From: Saprolegnia diclina VS20 | Lineage: Eukaryota | Assembly: GCF_000281045.1 (NCBI RefSeq) | Contig: NW_008246096.1 | Span: forward strand, 101,727 to 165,726 | Reading direction: 5' to 3' | Length of the DNA stretch: 64,000 nucleotides | Part shown: positions 22,993 through 33,548 of the stretch, in pieces | Layout of the letters: each line of letters opens with the position of its first letter | How positions within the stretch are numbered: the first letter of the stretch is position 1 | Made by a program: the position numbers and the translations under genes | Notes under the pieces: model-generated | The model's database searches: none | Told to the model about the DNA's origin: nothing | The model's input: the letters and a program-made list of their open reading frames with translations, nothing else

Positions 22993-24428
22993 ATGGACAC
23001 GCAGACGACGCAGACGCCCGGCGGGATCCCGGACCTCGTCCTCGACAGCGACGTCTTCACGCTCGACTTCCACCCGCAGCGCAACATTGTCGCCACGGGT
23101 CTCATCAACGGCAGCGTCCAAGCGTACGGCGCCTGCCCAATTCACTGCAAGGCTCATCCGACTCGCGTAGCTTTGCCTATGCGCCCGAAGGCCACGCGAG
23201 CGTGCTCAGCTTGAGCCACCACCAGGATGCGTGCCGCAAGGTCATGTTCTCGGAAGATGGCAACAGTACGTCCTGATATGCGGTCGGATAGCATCTCATG
23301 CCAGGGACGTAGCGCTCTACACGGCGTCGACGGACAAGTCGATCCGCGCATACGACACGACGGGCGGCGTCATGTGGGCCGAGCTCAACGCCCACGCGTA
23401 CGGTCTTGCGTCTCCTCTTCATTCGCTCATTGCGCATGGGCGGTAGTCACCCGGTCAACACGATGCATCAAATCTCCAACAACATTTTCACGTCGGGCGA
23501 CGACCAAGGCTGCATCAAGATGTGGGACGTGCGCCAGCACCGCTGCGTCGTCGAGTGGAATGAACACACGGTGCCACGATGATCGTACACAATGTGTATG
23601 CTGAGACGAGTGTCTAGGACTACATTTCGGACATGACGACCAATGACGCCAAGGACACGCTGCTGGCGACCGGGTGCAAATGACCTGACCGTGACGTTCT
23701 TCGTGCTGACACAGTGTGTAGTGGTGACGGTCGCTTGTCGGTCTACGATCTCAAGAAAAATGCGTTCGTGCGCAAGAGCGATGAGCTCGACGACGAACTG
23801 TTGTCGGTTCGCATTGTCAAGGTCCGTCGTCGTCTTTTGGGGTCATGACGTCATATGAATGTGGTGCGAGTAGGGCGGGAAGAAGGTGGTTTGCGGCTCG
23901 CAAGATGGCGTCCTCGTCATCTTTAGCTGGGGCACGTGGGGCGACATGTCGGACCGGTTCCCCGGGCACCCGGACTCGGTCGAGACGATCCTCAAGGTCG
24001 ACGAAGACACGATTTTGACGGGCTCGAGCGACGGTATCATTCGGTATGTTGCACTATAGCGTTGGCTGCAGAATAGTCACCAGTCGAGTAGCGTGGTGCA
24101 GGTCCACCCGAACAAGCTCCTCGGTCTCATCGGCGACCACGAAGACTTTCCCGTCGAAGTGCTCGAGTTCTCGCACGACCGTCGCATTGTCGGCAGTGTC
24201 TCGCACTCGGACAAGGTCCAGTTCTGGGACGTGGGCTACCTCTTTGACGAAGACGACGACGACGACGACGAAGACGATGGTCAGGAAGCTGCGGGCCTCG
24301 CGTTTGAGCCCAAGGACGACGAGTCCATGGACGACAGCGACGACGACAGCGACGACGGCGACAACGGCCAAGCGTTCGGCCGCCAGGCGGCACCGACGCA
24401 GCGGGAAGCCTTCTTCTCGGACCTCTAA
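22993..24428 (+). CDS. WDR55: WD40-repeat protein WDR55/Jip5 (ribosome biogenesis), multi-exon
   Basis: LDFHPQRNIVATGLING; DRFPGHPDSVETILKVDEDTILTGSSDGIIR; VHPNKLLGLIGDHEDFPVE; acidic tail ending FFSDL*. Confidence 0.85.
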
Positions 24429-24960
24429 TAAATTACAACCAACACGACCGCCGACCTCGTCCGTTGCCCCGAAGACGCGGTGTCGCAGACCTTTCTCTAC
24501 CTACTGCAGCAGGTCAGTCGCGTCGTCGACGCCAGTATGTAGACTTGCAGCAAGTCGCATCCGTACAGGTGCCCATCGTGGGTGAACATGGGTCGTCTGA
24601 AGTCCTTCGCCTGCTAAGTGCGAAGCCTTTCTCCTGGCGAGCACCTTGGCTACCTGGTGTGGACGACCAAGCCAAACCCCGCGTATCATACCTATGCAGG
24701 AGCCAGCGACACCTAAAGCTCCGTCCATGGCAGGGTAATCCTCTCGTGCATGCTTTGAGTCGGATACTGCGCCGAGACCACTGGCTTACGAGGTGAAAAG
24801 AGACGCTAAGATTTGCTGGATAATGACCTTGGCGTCGGCTCGACTCCAGTCAGCTTCAACGTGAGAAAGTGATACGTCCAACTCTACCCGCCTTGCGTAC
24901 ATCGTCGAGAGAAGACAAAGGTTGGCGTGTACGTATAAGTATATTGGATGATATGAGCTA

Positions 24961-27684
24961 TTACTTGGTCACCTTCTTGGTCTTCTTGGCCGGCGGCTCT
25001 TCAAAGTAGCCCGTCTTGTTGGCCTCGACTTGGCGCTTGATGAACTTCATGCCCGCGAGGTTGAAGCCGATCTGGTTCTTGGCCGAGACGAGGTTCGTTC
25101 GCAGCGAGTGCCACAGCGTGTCGAGCTCGCCGAGGAGCGATGCGTTGGCCACAATCTGGTTGTGGTGGACTTTGACGAGGAAGAGGATGCTGTTGCAACA
25201 CAGCTCGACCTCGAGCTCGGCCGCAATAAGCTGGAGGAGGTACTTGATGAGCTTCTGGACATAGTCGAACGGCAGCACAAGGAGCGCCTCTTCGAGGTCC
25301 TGCGCGCGGATCTCACGGAGACTCCGGAGCACATACTTGAGCGGCGAAAAGCCGAGGAGGAGGATATTGCCGCCGGGCGTCGCGGCCTTGGCTTCGTGCT
25401 CGGCCAAGTCGATGGCCTCGATGAGCCGCTCGCCGCTCTTGACCGTCTGGATCGTCTTCTTGGTCGCGGTCGCCGACTCGGCCTCAAGGACCGTGTTGGC
25501 GCCGTTGAGCGTCGGCGCGCTCGTGTTACTCGGGTTCAAGTCGGCTTCAAACATGGCTTCGAGCTCCTTCTCCTTTTCTTCTTCAATAAACACTTGGTCG
25601 TCCGAGCGCGCGTACTTGACGAGCGACCGATCCTGCGACGCCGAGATCAAGAACGACCCGTCGCGCGCGACCGCGATCGCCCACACTTCGCCGAAATGGT
25701 TGTTTTCGAGCTTGAGGATGCGCTCAAAGTGGTCGCCGTCCCAGTACGAGACGCACTTGTCCTTGGCGCACGTGAAGAAGAAGTGCGTGCGCGGTACAAA
25801 GCAAATGCCCATGATCGCCTCGTCATGCGCAAAGAGCGACTTGTGGCAGTCACCAAAGTCGAGGCCCCAGAGCTTGACGTTCTTGTCGGCCGACGCGGTC
25901 ACGAGCAGCGTGTCGTCGGACGAGATATCCATGGCCATCACCGGCAGCTTGTGACCATACAGCGAGAGGAAAAACTTGAGCGAGTCGTCGAAGAACACCT
26001 TGACCGTGCAGTCGAGGAGCGCGACGGCCACGAGCAGCTTGCGCGGGTCGCTCGAGTGGCTAAACTTGACGCAGAGCACGTCGTCCGACATTTTGAGCAT
26101 ACGGACGTGCGCCAACCCGAGCTTGAGGCTCCCGCCAGCCGCTTGCGCCGCCATTTCAAACTCCCAAAAGTTGACCATGTGGTCGGCGCCGCCGGTCGCG
26201 AGGCCCTTCCCGTCCGGACGCACGTCGATCGACCAGATGGCGCCGGCATGCGCATCTGCCTTTTTCCAAATGCACTCGCCAGACGCGAGCTCAAAGAGGA
26301 GGAGCTCGCCGGCCTTGGTGCCGACGACGACGTGGAGGTTGCCGGGCGCAAAGACGGCCGAGAGTGCGAGCGAGAAGTCCGTGAGCGTTCGGACGCACTG
26401 CATCGAGCGGGCGTTCCAGACCTTGACGGACGCGGACGAGACACTGAGCACGAGCTGGTCGTCGGACGAGATGCACACTTGACGGACGTCGGACCGGTGG
26501 CCGGGCAGCGTCACGGCGTGCACCTTGGCGAAGCGCGCGTCCATCGACTCGGCGGACGGCGTCAGTGCATACGTCTCGATCGCGTTGTTGTGGAGCGAGA
26601 CGAGCACGGACGTCGTGCCGTCCTTGGCAACGTCGGGCGAGAAGGCGAACGACCGGACCTTGGCACTGCACCGGATGATGCAGAGGAGCTCGACTTCGTT
26701 CGCGATCGGGTTGGCGTCATCCTCGTCCTTGTCGTCGTCGTCCTCCGCGTCCTTGTCGGCGTCGACGGCCGGGATCGAGAGGCCCGACTTGCCGTCGACC
26801 GCTTCCTTCTTGCGGGCCTTTTCACGCGCACGCTTGAGGCGACGCTGCGCCTTCTTCTTTTGCTCGTCGGCCGACCGGAGACGGAAGATCTCGATGGTCT
26901 TGCCCGCGCCCTGGCAGCCGAGCAGCGTGCCGTGGCTGTTGTACGCAACGTGCATGGCGCGGTCATGCGTCGAACGCTGGATCGTGCCGAGCAGCGAGAG
27001 GCGGTTGTCGCCGACGTTGTCGCCTTCGTTGACGCCGTACACGCGGAGCTTGTTGTCCGACGCACCCGTGAGGATGCGACGCGTGCCCTTTTGCATGTCG
27101 AGCGACCAAACTTCGTTGCGGTGGTCGACGCATGTCTGGACGCAGTGCTGTGTATCGAGGTCCCACACCTTGAGGAGCGAGTCTTTCGAGGTCGAGAGCA
27201 GCGAGCGCTGGTTCTCGACAAAGCCCACGGATGTAACCGCGTCCTTGTGGCCGCGCAGGCGGTACAAGCCCGACTGACTCACGACGTCCCACACGATGAT
27301 GTCCGTGTCGCGCGAGCCCGACGCGAGAAGCGCGCCGCCCTCGCCAAAGGCCAAGCACTCGATCGCGTTCTTGTGGCCATCGAGCGTCACCTCGACATTG
27401 CCGTTGCTGAGCTTGAAGATGCGAATGATGCCGGTCGAGTAGCCGACAGCGACAAAGGCGCCGTCGAGGCTCAGGCGCAGCGCGGTCACTTGGCCGGCCG
27501 TGTCGTTCTCCGTGTCGGCCTTGAGCACGCGCACCTGCGTGCCCGTGCGGATGTTCCACACAATGACGTTCTTGAGCGCGCCGCAGATGGCGAGCTGGCC
27601 CGTGAGGTCGTAGACGACCGGCGCGCCCGGGCTAGCGATGACGCCAAAGGCGGCTTCCGGCGCGTACTTGAGGTAGCTCTTCAT
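24961..27684 (-). CDS. WDR3: WDR3/Utp12/Dip2 U3 snoRNP WD40 protein (single exon)
   Basis: MKSYLKY start; GLYRLRGHKD; DSLKFFLSLYGHKLPV; WGLDFGDCHKSLFAH; C-terminal Utp12 domain DLEEALLVLPF...IGFNLAG. Confidence 0.95.
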   Translation of the reverse strand: MKSYLKYAPEAAFGVIASPGAPVVYDLTGQLAICGALKNVIVWNIRTGTQVRVLKADTENDTAGQVTALRLSLDGAFVAVGYSTGIIRIFKLSNGNVEVTLDGHKNAIECLAFGEGGALLASGSRDTDIIVWDVVSQSGLYRLRGHKDAVTSVGFVENQRSLLSTSKDSLLKVWDLDTQHCVQTCVDHRNEVWSLDMQKGTRRILTGASDNKLRVYGVNEGDNVGDNRLSLLGTIQRSTHDRAMHVAYNSHGTLLGCQGAGKTIEIFRLRSADEQKKKAQRRLKRAREKARKKEAVDGKSGLSIPAVDADKDAEDDDDKDEDDANPIANEVELLCIIRCSAKVRSFAFSPDVAKDGTTSVLVSLHNNAIETYALTPSAESMDARFAKVHAVTLPGHRSDVRQVCISSDDQLVLSVSSASVKVWNARSMQCVRTLTDFSLALSAVFAPGNLHVVVGTKAGELLLFELASGECIWKKADAHAGAIWSIDVRPDGKGLATGGADHMVNFWEFEMAAQAAGGSLKLGLAHVRMLKMSDDVLCVKFSHSSDPRKLLVAVALLDCTVKVFFDDSLKFFLSLYGHKLPVMAMDISSDDTLLVTASADKNVKLWGLDFGDCHKSLFAHDEAIMGICFVPRTHFFFTCAKDKCVSYWDGDHFERILKLENNHFGEVWAIAVARDGSFLISASQDRSLVKYARSDDQVFIEEEKEKELEAMFEADLNPSNTSAPTLNGANTVLEAESATATKKTIQTVKSGERLIEAIDLAEHEAKAATPGGNILLLGFSPLKYVLRSLREIRAQDLEEALLVLPFDYVQKLIKYLLQLIAAELEVELCCNSILFLVKVHHNQIVANASLLGELDTLWHSLRTNLVSAKNQIGFNLAGMKFIKRQVEANKTGYFEEPPAKKTKKVTK

Positions 27685-28275
27685 ATCGCGTCGCTTCGCA
27701 AGTTCACACTGCAAGCACTGGCGAGGCCATTGGATGGAAATGATTGGTCCGTACAGAGATCCTGTGGAAATGCATACGCCGTATTGCTACGGTTTTATCC
27801 GGAAGTGAGCCGCACAAGAAGCTGCTGCTGATGGGTCCAGCAGGTTGGCGTCGGCCTGCGTCCCTGCGACGTGTTGCCGGCGATTGAAGGCAGCCATGCA
27901 GCCAGGCGAATGACCCTGTCGTCACCGTATCGCCAGGCGCAAGCTGGCGATCGGTGCTTGTTTTTACTAGTCCGCCATGGCGCGTCATGGGTCATCGAAG
28001 CGCTAGGAAAACATTGCGTCGTTCGATGCATGTCTAGGCACCGGCTCCACGCAGTATCATGTAGGTGCATGCGCATGATGTGGCCGCGTTCGATGCGACG
28101 ATGCCCTCCCGCGTGGGAGCGGGCGCGGCCGTAGCACCGGTCGCGTCCACGGCGTCTTTGCTCCTCGAGTCCGGCGCGCCTCCCGCGCCAAAGATGCGGC
28201 AACCGCAGAGAAGAGCAAGTACTAATACAACGATGTGAATAAATAAGCTTCAACCTACGCTATAAAGGACCGACA

Positions 28276-28875
28276 CTAGTTGAGCATGGCCTCCACCGAG
28301 AGACGCCGGCGCTTGTTGTCGATGACATGGATATCGCGGCGCGACGCCACCTTGGGCTCGACAATGTCCCGCGAAGACGACGACGATGACGACGACGCGC
28401 GGGGACGCATGGGCAGCTGGCTCTGGTACTGGAGCTGGTAATGCATCTGGAGGTACAATTGACGCTGGCGCTGCACCTCGAGCTGCATCATGTGCTGGCG
28501 CATCAACTGAGCTTCGTACTGCTGCTGACGCATCTGCTGAATGTACTCTTGCTCGCTCTCGTGGCGCTCGGTGCGCGCTTGGTTGGTCTCGATGCAGAAG
28601 ACGGCAATCTCGTCAATCGAGAAGCCAAGGTCGCGCAGGCGCTCAATGCGCTTCATGGGCGCCAGGTACAGCTCTTCGTGCGAGCGAGGCGACCCTAGGC
28701 GGTCGGCGACAGACGTCGTGTGCGTCGAAATGGGCTTGCCCATGAGGCCAAGGCCGGGCCCACCCGTGCTCGGGACGCTGCACGGGTTGTGGCCGAGCTC
28801 AAACTCATGCACCGTTGTCGTCGCCCACGTGACCGTCTTCTTTGTGGTCGTCGTCGGAACCATCGTCGTGCTCAT
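28276..28875 (-). CDS. Oomycete hypothetical protein with CSRNP-N-like motif and RVxF-type PP1-docking site
   Basis: KKTVTWATTTVHEFELGHNPCSVPSTGGPGLGL resembles the CSRNP N-terminal V.F..V..Y.F....SVPS.GG..LG motif. The middle is Q-rich and the C-terminus has KRRR. Confidence 0.6.
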   Translation of the reverse strand: MSTTMVPTTTTKKTVTWATTTVHEFELGHNPCSVPSTGGPGLGLMGKPISTHTTSVADRLGSPRSHEELYLAPMKRIERLRDLGFSIDEIAVFCIETNQARTERHESEQEYIQQMRQQQYEAQLMRQHMMQLEVQRQRQLYLQMHYQLQYQSQLPMRPRASSSSSSSSRDIVEPKVASRRDIHVIDNKRRRLSVEAMLN

Positions 28876-29712
28876 GGTCGCTACTGTCGTCGGTTGGGAG
28901 GAAGCTCAAATGCGAGGCTGGACGGACCACGCAAAGCATCCAGACAACCAAGATCTGGTTGCATTACGCACGCCAATTACCCCGCGCGTTCCGCTCGTGT
29001 TGATGGCAATTCGGAAAGCGTTACGTCGGCTGTGACATACGTCGTTTTATACCAACGTTTTATCTTGTCTTGGGCTTTGTATCCAAATGCTATCAAAACA
29101 ATAGTATATCCTGTGGCAGTCTATACCCTGTCACAATGCATATTCAAATATTTAGCATACATTTCTTTACCTACATACAAATACAACCAAGGCGTGAATG
29201 CAACCTCTTGAAAATGCATAACACGGCCCGCGTGCGTTTGGGTACCAAGGCCAGTGGCCGTCGTGACGAGCGTGGCGCCGCATGCAATGGTTGTGACTTG
29301 CGTGTTCGACGCAGCAAATCCTTTGCGGTGGCAGCTGCGTTATCGACCGAGTAACTCGTGAGTAGCGAGCGTCGGCAGCCGCCGACAGTCCGATCGCATC
29401 GATGACACGGCGCTGGTCCCTTTTCACAAGCCGTTCTTGAAGCTGCCGCAGCTGCGAGCGGAAGCGACAGGCGATCTTCCTCCTCCTCCTCGGTGGATTG
29501 AACTTTGCATTTCGGTGAGTCGAAAAGTGACACATCTGATATCCACATGTGTAGCTCGCTTACGTACGAGCTCGGAGACGCCGTTCACTTGTCAACGCCA
29601 GCGCGATGAGCAGGCGGCTACTTGCAGCTTGTCGCCAGCACCACGCAGCCATCCGCGGCGTGTTGTCAGCGGCGCGCAGCCGCCGAACTGCGTTCAGGTT
29701 CGAAGCACTGGC

Positions 29713-29741
29713 TCGGCGTCCGGATAATCGGCGTCCGGATA
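29713..29741. promoter_or_regulatory. Direct repeat TCGGCGTCCGGATA x2 containing the TCCGGATA motif, upstream of PTPMT1
   Basis: Two 14-bp copies (29713-29726, 29728-29741) ending about 33 nt before the ATG at 29775. Confidence 0.55.
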
Positions 29742-29774
29742 CCGCATCCTTGAGCCAAACAGCAAAGTGGCAGG

Positions 29775-30505
29775 ATGGCGACTTTGACGAGGTGGGCCGA
29801 CGCGCCCGGGACGCTCGTCGCCGTCGGCGCCTCCGTGGCCCTCGGCCTCTTCTACGCGGCGTTCCAGCTCCACTTGCTCCCGGTGCCGCTCGCGCGCATT
29901 GCTGGACGGCTCTACTTTTACCCGACGCTGCCCTTGACGTACCTTGCGCGGCGCAAGAACTATTTCACGCTCGTCGACTCGCACGTCTTCCTGGGCGCTG
30001 TGCCCATTGCCGCGCTCGGCCATGTCGAGCAAATGCACGCGCGGGGCGTCCGCGCGGTCGTCAACCTCTGCGACGAGTACGCTGGGCCGGTTGTGGCGTA
30101 CCGCAAGCGGGGCATCCAGCAGCTCTGGCTCCCGACCGTCGTACGCTCTCTACATGTATTACGTTACAGCATTAGCTTCACAGGGGATGGTAGGACCACA
30201 CGGAGCCGTCGCTCGAAGACATTCGCAAGGCGATCGACTTTATCTCGTTCCACAAGGAGCGCGGGTCGCGCGTCTACATCCACTGCAAGGCGGGCGCCGG
30301 GCGCAGCGCCACCATCGCGTTCTGCTGGCTCCTCCACGCCAAAGAGACGTGGAACCTCCCCGAGACGCAGCTCTATCTGAGCGTACGGCGCAAGGTACGC
30401 AAGACGCTTGGCCAGCAGCCGAATGCCATCGCGTACTTTGCGTCCCTTCGCCCGCCGGTCACATCGCCCGTCTTTCCCGCGACGCTGTCCAAGGCTGGAC
30501 AATAA
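29775..30505 (+). CDS. PTPMT1: PTPMT1-like phosphatidylglycerophosphatase / dual-specificity phosphatase; 2 exons
   Basis: LYFYPTLP, VVNLCDEY, LWLPTV|DHTEPS, and the CX5R loop VYIHCKAGAGRSAT. Confidence 0.82.
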
Positions 30506-30584
30506 AGCGGTGGCAACCTACATAGTGCCTTGCACCCTCTTCTAAGGAGATGGAGGGTTGTGGTTCTAACGTTATAAAACAGAG

Positions 30585-33548
30585 CTAGGACTCGTAGTAG
30601 ACACCGTAGCCGCCGAAGCGCAGTTCGCGGTCGTACTTGGCCTTCTCGTGCGGGTCGGAGAGAATGGCATATGCGGCCGTCATGTCCTTGAACAGCACCG
30701 CGTCAGCCTCCGACTTGGCCTTATCTAGAAGACCACCCACATAGTCCGACGTCCACTGTCTGCCACCGACGCAGTACCTGGGTGATGTTTCAGTGCGAGC
30801 TTTCGGTACGAGATCTTGATCTCGGACGCTGTCGCAGTGATAGGCACGTGCAGCACCTCGTAGTGGGACTTGACGCGCACGGGAGCTTGTGGCTTGTGCG
30901 TCTGGTGCCGGTTCCCGCCATTTTGCGACGCCCGACCACCCTTGTTGGACGATGATTTGCTGCCGTAAAAGTAGTCGTTGTACGGGTCGTAGCCGCCACG
31001 ACGCTCCTGCTGCTTCTGGCGCTCCTTGCGCTGCTTGGCCCGCGCTCGCTCCTGCTGCTCGTACTCGTGCGCGGCGGCCTTGGCTTGCGCAGCGCGCAAT
31101 TCCGCTGCGAGGGCATCGTGCTCGTCCTGCGTCGCGCTTGCCTCGGTCGCGTCCATGTAGGCGCGGAGGTCGGCGATGCCGTCCTTGAACTTGAGCAAAT
31201 TTAGCAAACAGCGCGCTTTTCGCAGCAGCGCACGGTAGTAATTTGGCTTGCGCGAGAGCGCATCTTTGCAGTCGGCAATCGCCGGCGTCCACTTGGCCAG
31301 CCCCATGAGCGCCGCCGCGCGGTTGCAGAAAAGGACCGCGTTGTACATGTCGTGGTCGGCGTCGAGCCCGAGCCCGGCCGAGTAAAAGTTGATGGCGCGC
31401 ACGAAGTTGCCGCAGCTGAACGCATCGTTGCCCAGGGCCTAGTCCGCCATCTTGTTGCATGCAACGTTCACTCGGCGTACCTTGGCCTGCTTCATGTCGA
31501 GCCAGAGCTGCTTGAGCTTGAGCACATACTTGCTCGTGGGCGCCGCCTCTTCCAGCTCATGGAGCACCGTCTCGGCGTTCTCGACCTAGTTGGCCATTTT
31601 ACTAGCAGCAAATGTGGACGTCGACTACCTCGTCCAGGTAGTGCAAACTACGTGCGTACTGAAGCCCAAAGTCGATGCCGAGGGCCACGATCGCAGTGTG
31701 CAACTGCAGCTGCTGCATGGCATACGCCTTTGCATCCGAAAAGCGCCTAGTACCGTCCCCCGTAGAACACGATATCACGGCAGAGGAGAACGGTGCGACG
31801 TACTTGAGGGCCACGAGCGCATTCATCTTCTGGAGCACGAGGTCGCGGCTGTACGGGGCGTACGTAAGGGCGCTTGTCGTTTGCTGCAGCGCTTTCGCCG
31901 TCTCGAGCACATCAAAGCACCACTTGGCTTCGTGCAGCGCCGAGACGAACGCCTCGACGTCGCGAATCGCATGGTCGACCTGCGGCTTGTACACGGTCTG
32001 CTCTTCGGGACTGGCGTGCGCTAGCAGCTTGTAGACGCCGAGAAAGGTGTTGCGCGCCCGGTCGTGGTCGCCGAGGAGCAAGTGGCACCGCCCGTAGCGC
32101 AGATGCGCCTACAAGCATGTGCCAAATCGTACAAGCGCCTTGATAGTCGATGTACCCGAAGGTACGTGGGGTTGAGCGCCATCGCAGCCTCGGCGTCTTG
32201 AAGCGCCTCGCGGATCTTGTGCAGCATCATGAAGGCGGCGGCGCGGTTGGCGAGCATCTTGGCGTGTTCTGCCATGACGCGATCGAACGCTGGCTCATCC
32301 GCGAGGCTCTCCACGCCGCGGGTGTAGAACTGGGCGGCCGCCAGGTAGTCCTTGCGTTGGTACGCGGCGCTGCCGTCGCGCTTGCACTGAATCCATGCCG
32401 GCTCGACCGGCGGCGGCGTCGGTGGAGGCTTTGGAACCGGGGCTGGAGACGGCATCGGGGCTCGTTTTGGACGGGGCACGCGGCGCTTGGCGCCTTTTGT
32501 CGATGGTTTGGGCGTAGTACCAAAGGCAAAACCAGGGGCGGGCGGCGGTGTCTCCCACGGCGACTCGAAGAGCTCGCGGTTGCAGTTTCGGAGAGGGCAA
32601 ATGTTGCCCACTTCAGCGCACGGGGCGCAGAGATGCAAGTCCACAAACACCGTTCGAAGCGCCTGCTGGCAGCACGAGCAATGCACTAGGAATGGTGCGT
32701 GCGGCTGCGTGCGCGCGTCGAGTCGGTGGACCTCGCACAGTCGAATGTACTCGCAGTCGGCGCCGTTCGGTGGCGGCTCGTGGACGTTGAACGCCTGGAA
32801 TTGATGCATGAATGCATCGTCGATCGGTCTACGCAGGTAAGTTTGCGAGGAGCTCCGCAGTAGAAGAATGGGCGTACGCCGAAGTGGTTGGAGGTGTGGT
32901 CGCGGGTTGCGGTGGCGCGGAATCAAAGCCATGTCGGCCCGGTCCAGGCGACTGGATCGGACTCGGGGCCGGTTGCGACGCTGGAGGTACCGCAAAGGTG
33001 TCTGCCTGAGGCATCGCGAAAGGATCGATCGTGGGACTCGGGGACGATGCAGATCGGACAAACTTTGTCCGGAAGGCAGCATTCAATGCCGCCTGCTTCG
33101 TCTTCTTCTTCGAGCTGCCCTTTTCCGGCTTGTTGTCGGGCACGAAGGGATTGGCCGCAGCGACAAAGACGGGCTCGGCCGTGTCCATGGGAATGTCCTC
33201 GTCGGGCGCCGCATGGTTGTTACTTGGGAACGCAAAGCCGGTCGGAGGCGGCTGCACGGGCGAGTACGCGGGAGCCGTCGGAAAGGAGGCTGCCGGTGTG
33301 CTGAACGCAAACGGTGGCGGTGTCGAGGCCGCAGCCGGCTTTGGTCGCGCGCGCCGTGCACTCGCCTTCTTTGGCTTCGTATCGGTGGTGCCAAAGGAGA
33401 AGAGCGGCGGATCGCTCAATGGCGCAAAGGTCGTCGTCGCTGGCATGGCCATCGGGGTGTCGGGGCACTCGTTCTCTGGTGGGTCCGAGTCGTCGCTGGA
33501 GCTGTCGCTGTAGTCTACCAAGGTCGGCTCGTCTGCATGAAGCGCCAT
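30585..33548 (-). CDS. DNAJC7-like TPR + C-terminal J-domain co-chaperone with long low-complexity N-terminus (multi-exon)
   Basis: TPR motifs (ANRAAAFMML, FCNRAAALMGL). J domain HYEVLHV...YRKLALKHHP|DK...FKDMTAAYAILSDPHEKAKYD. Confidence 0.85.

Noticed and set aside
25030..27831. 933-aa plus-strand ORF, and similar long antisense ORFs (11834..13375, 47060..48886, 61420..62394)
   Set aside because: These are shadow ORFs opposite real genes, caused by strong GC3 codon bias, with no recognisable motifs.
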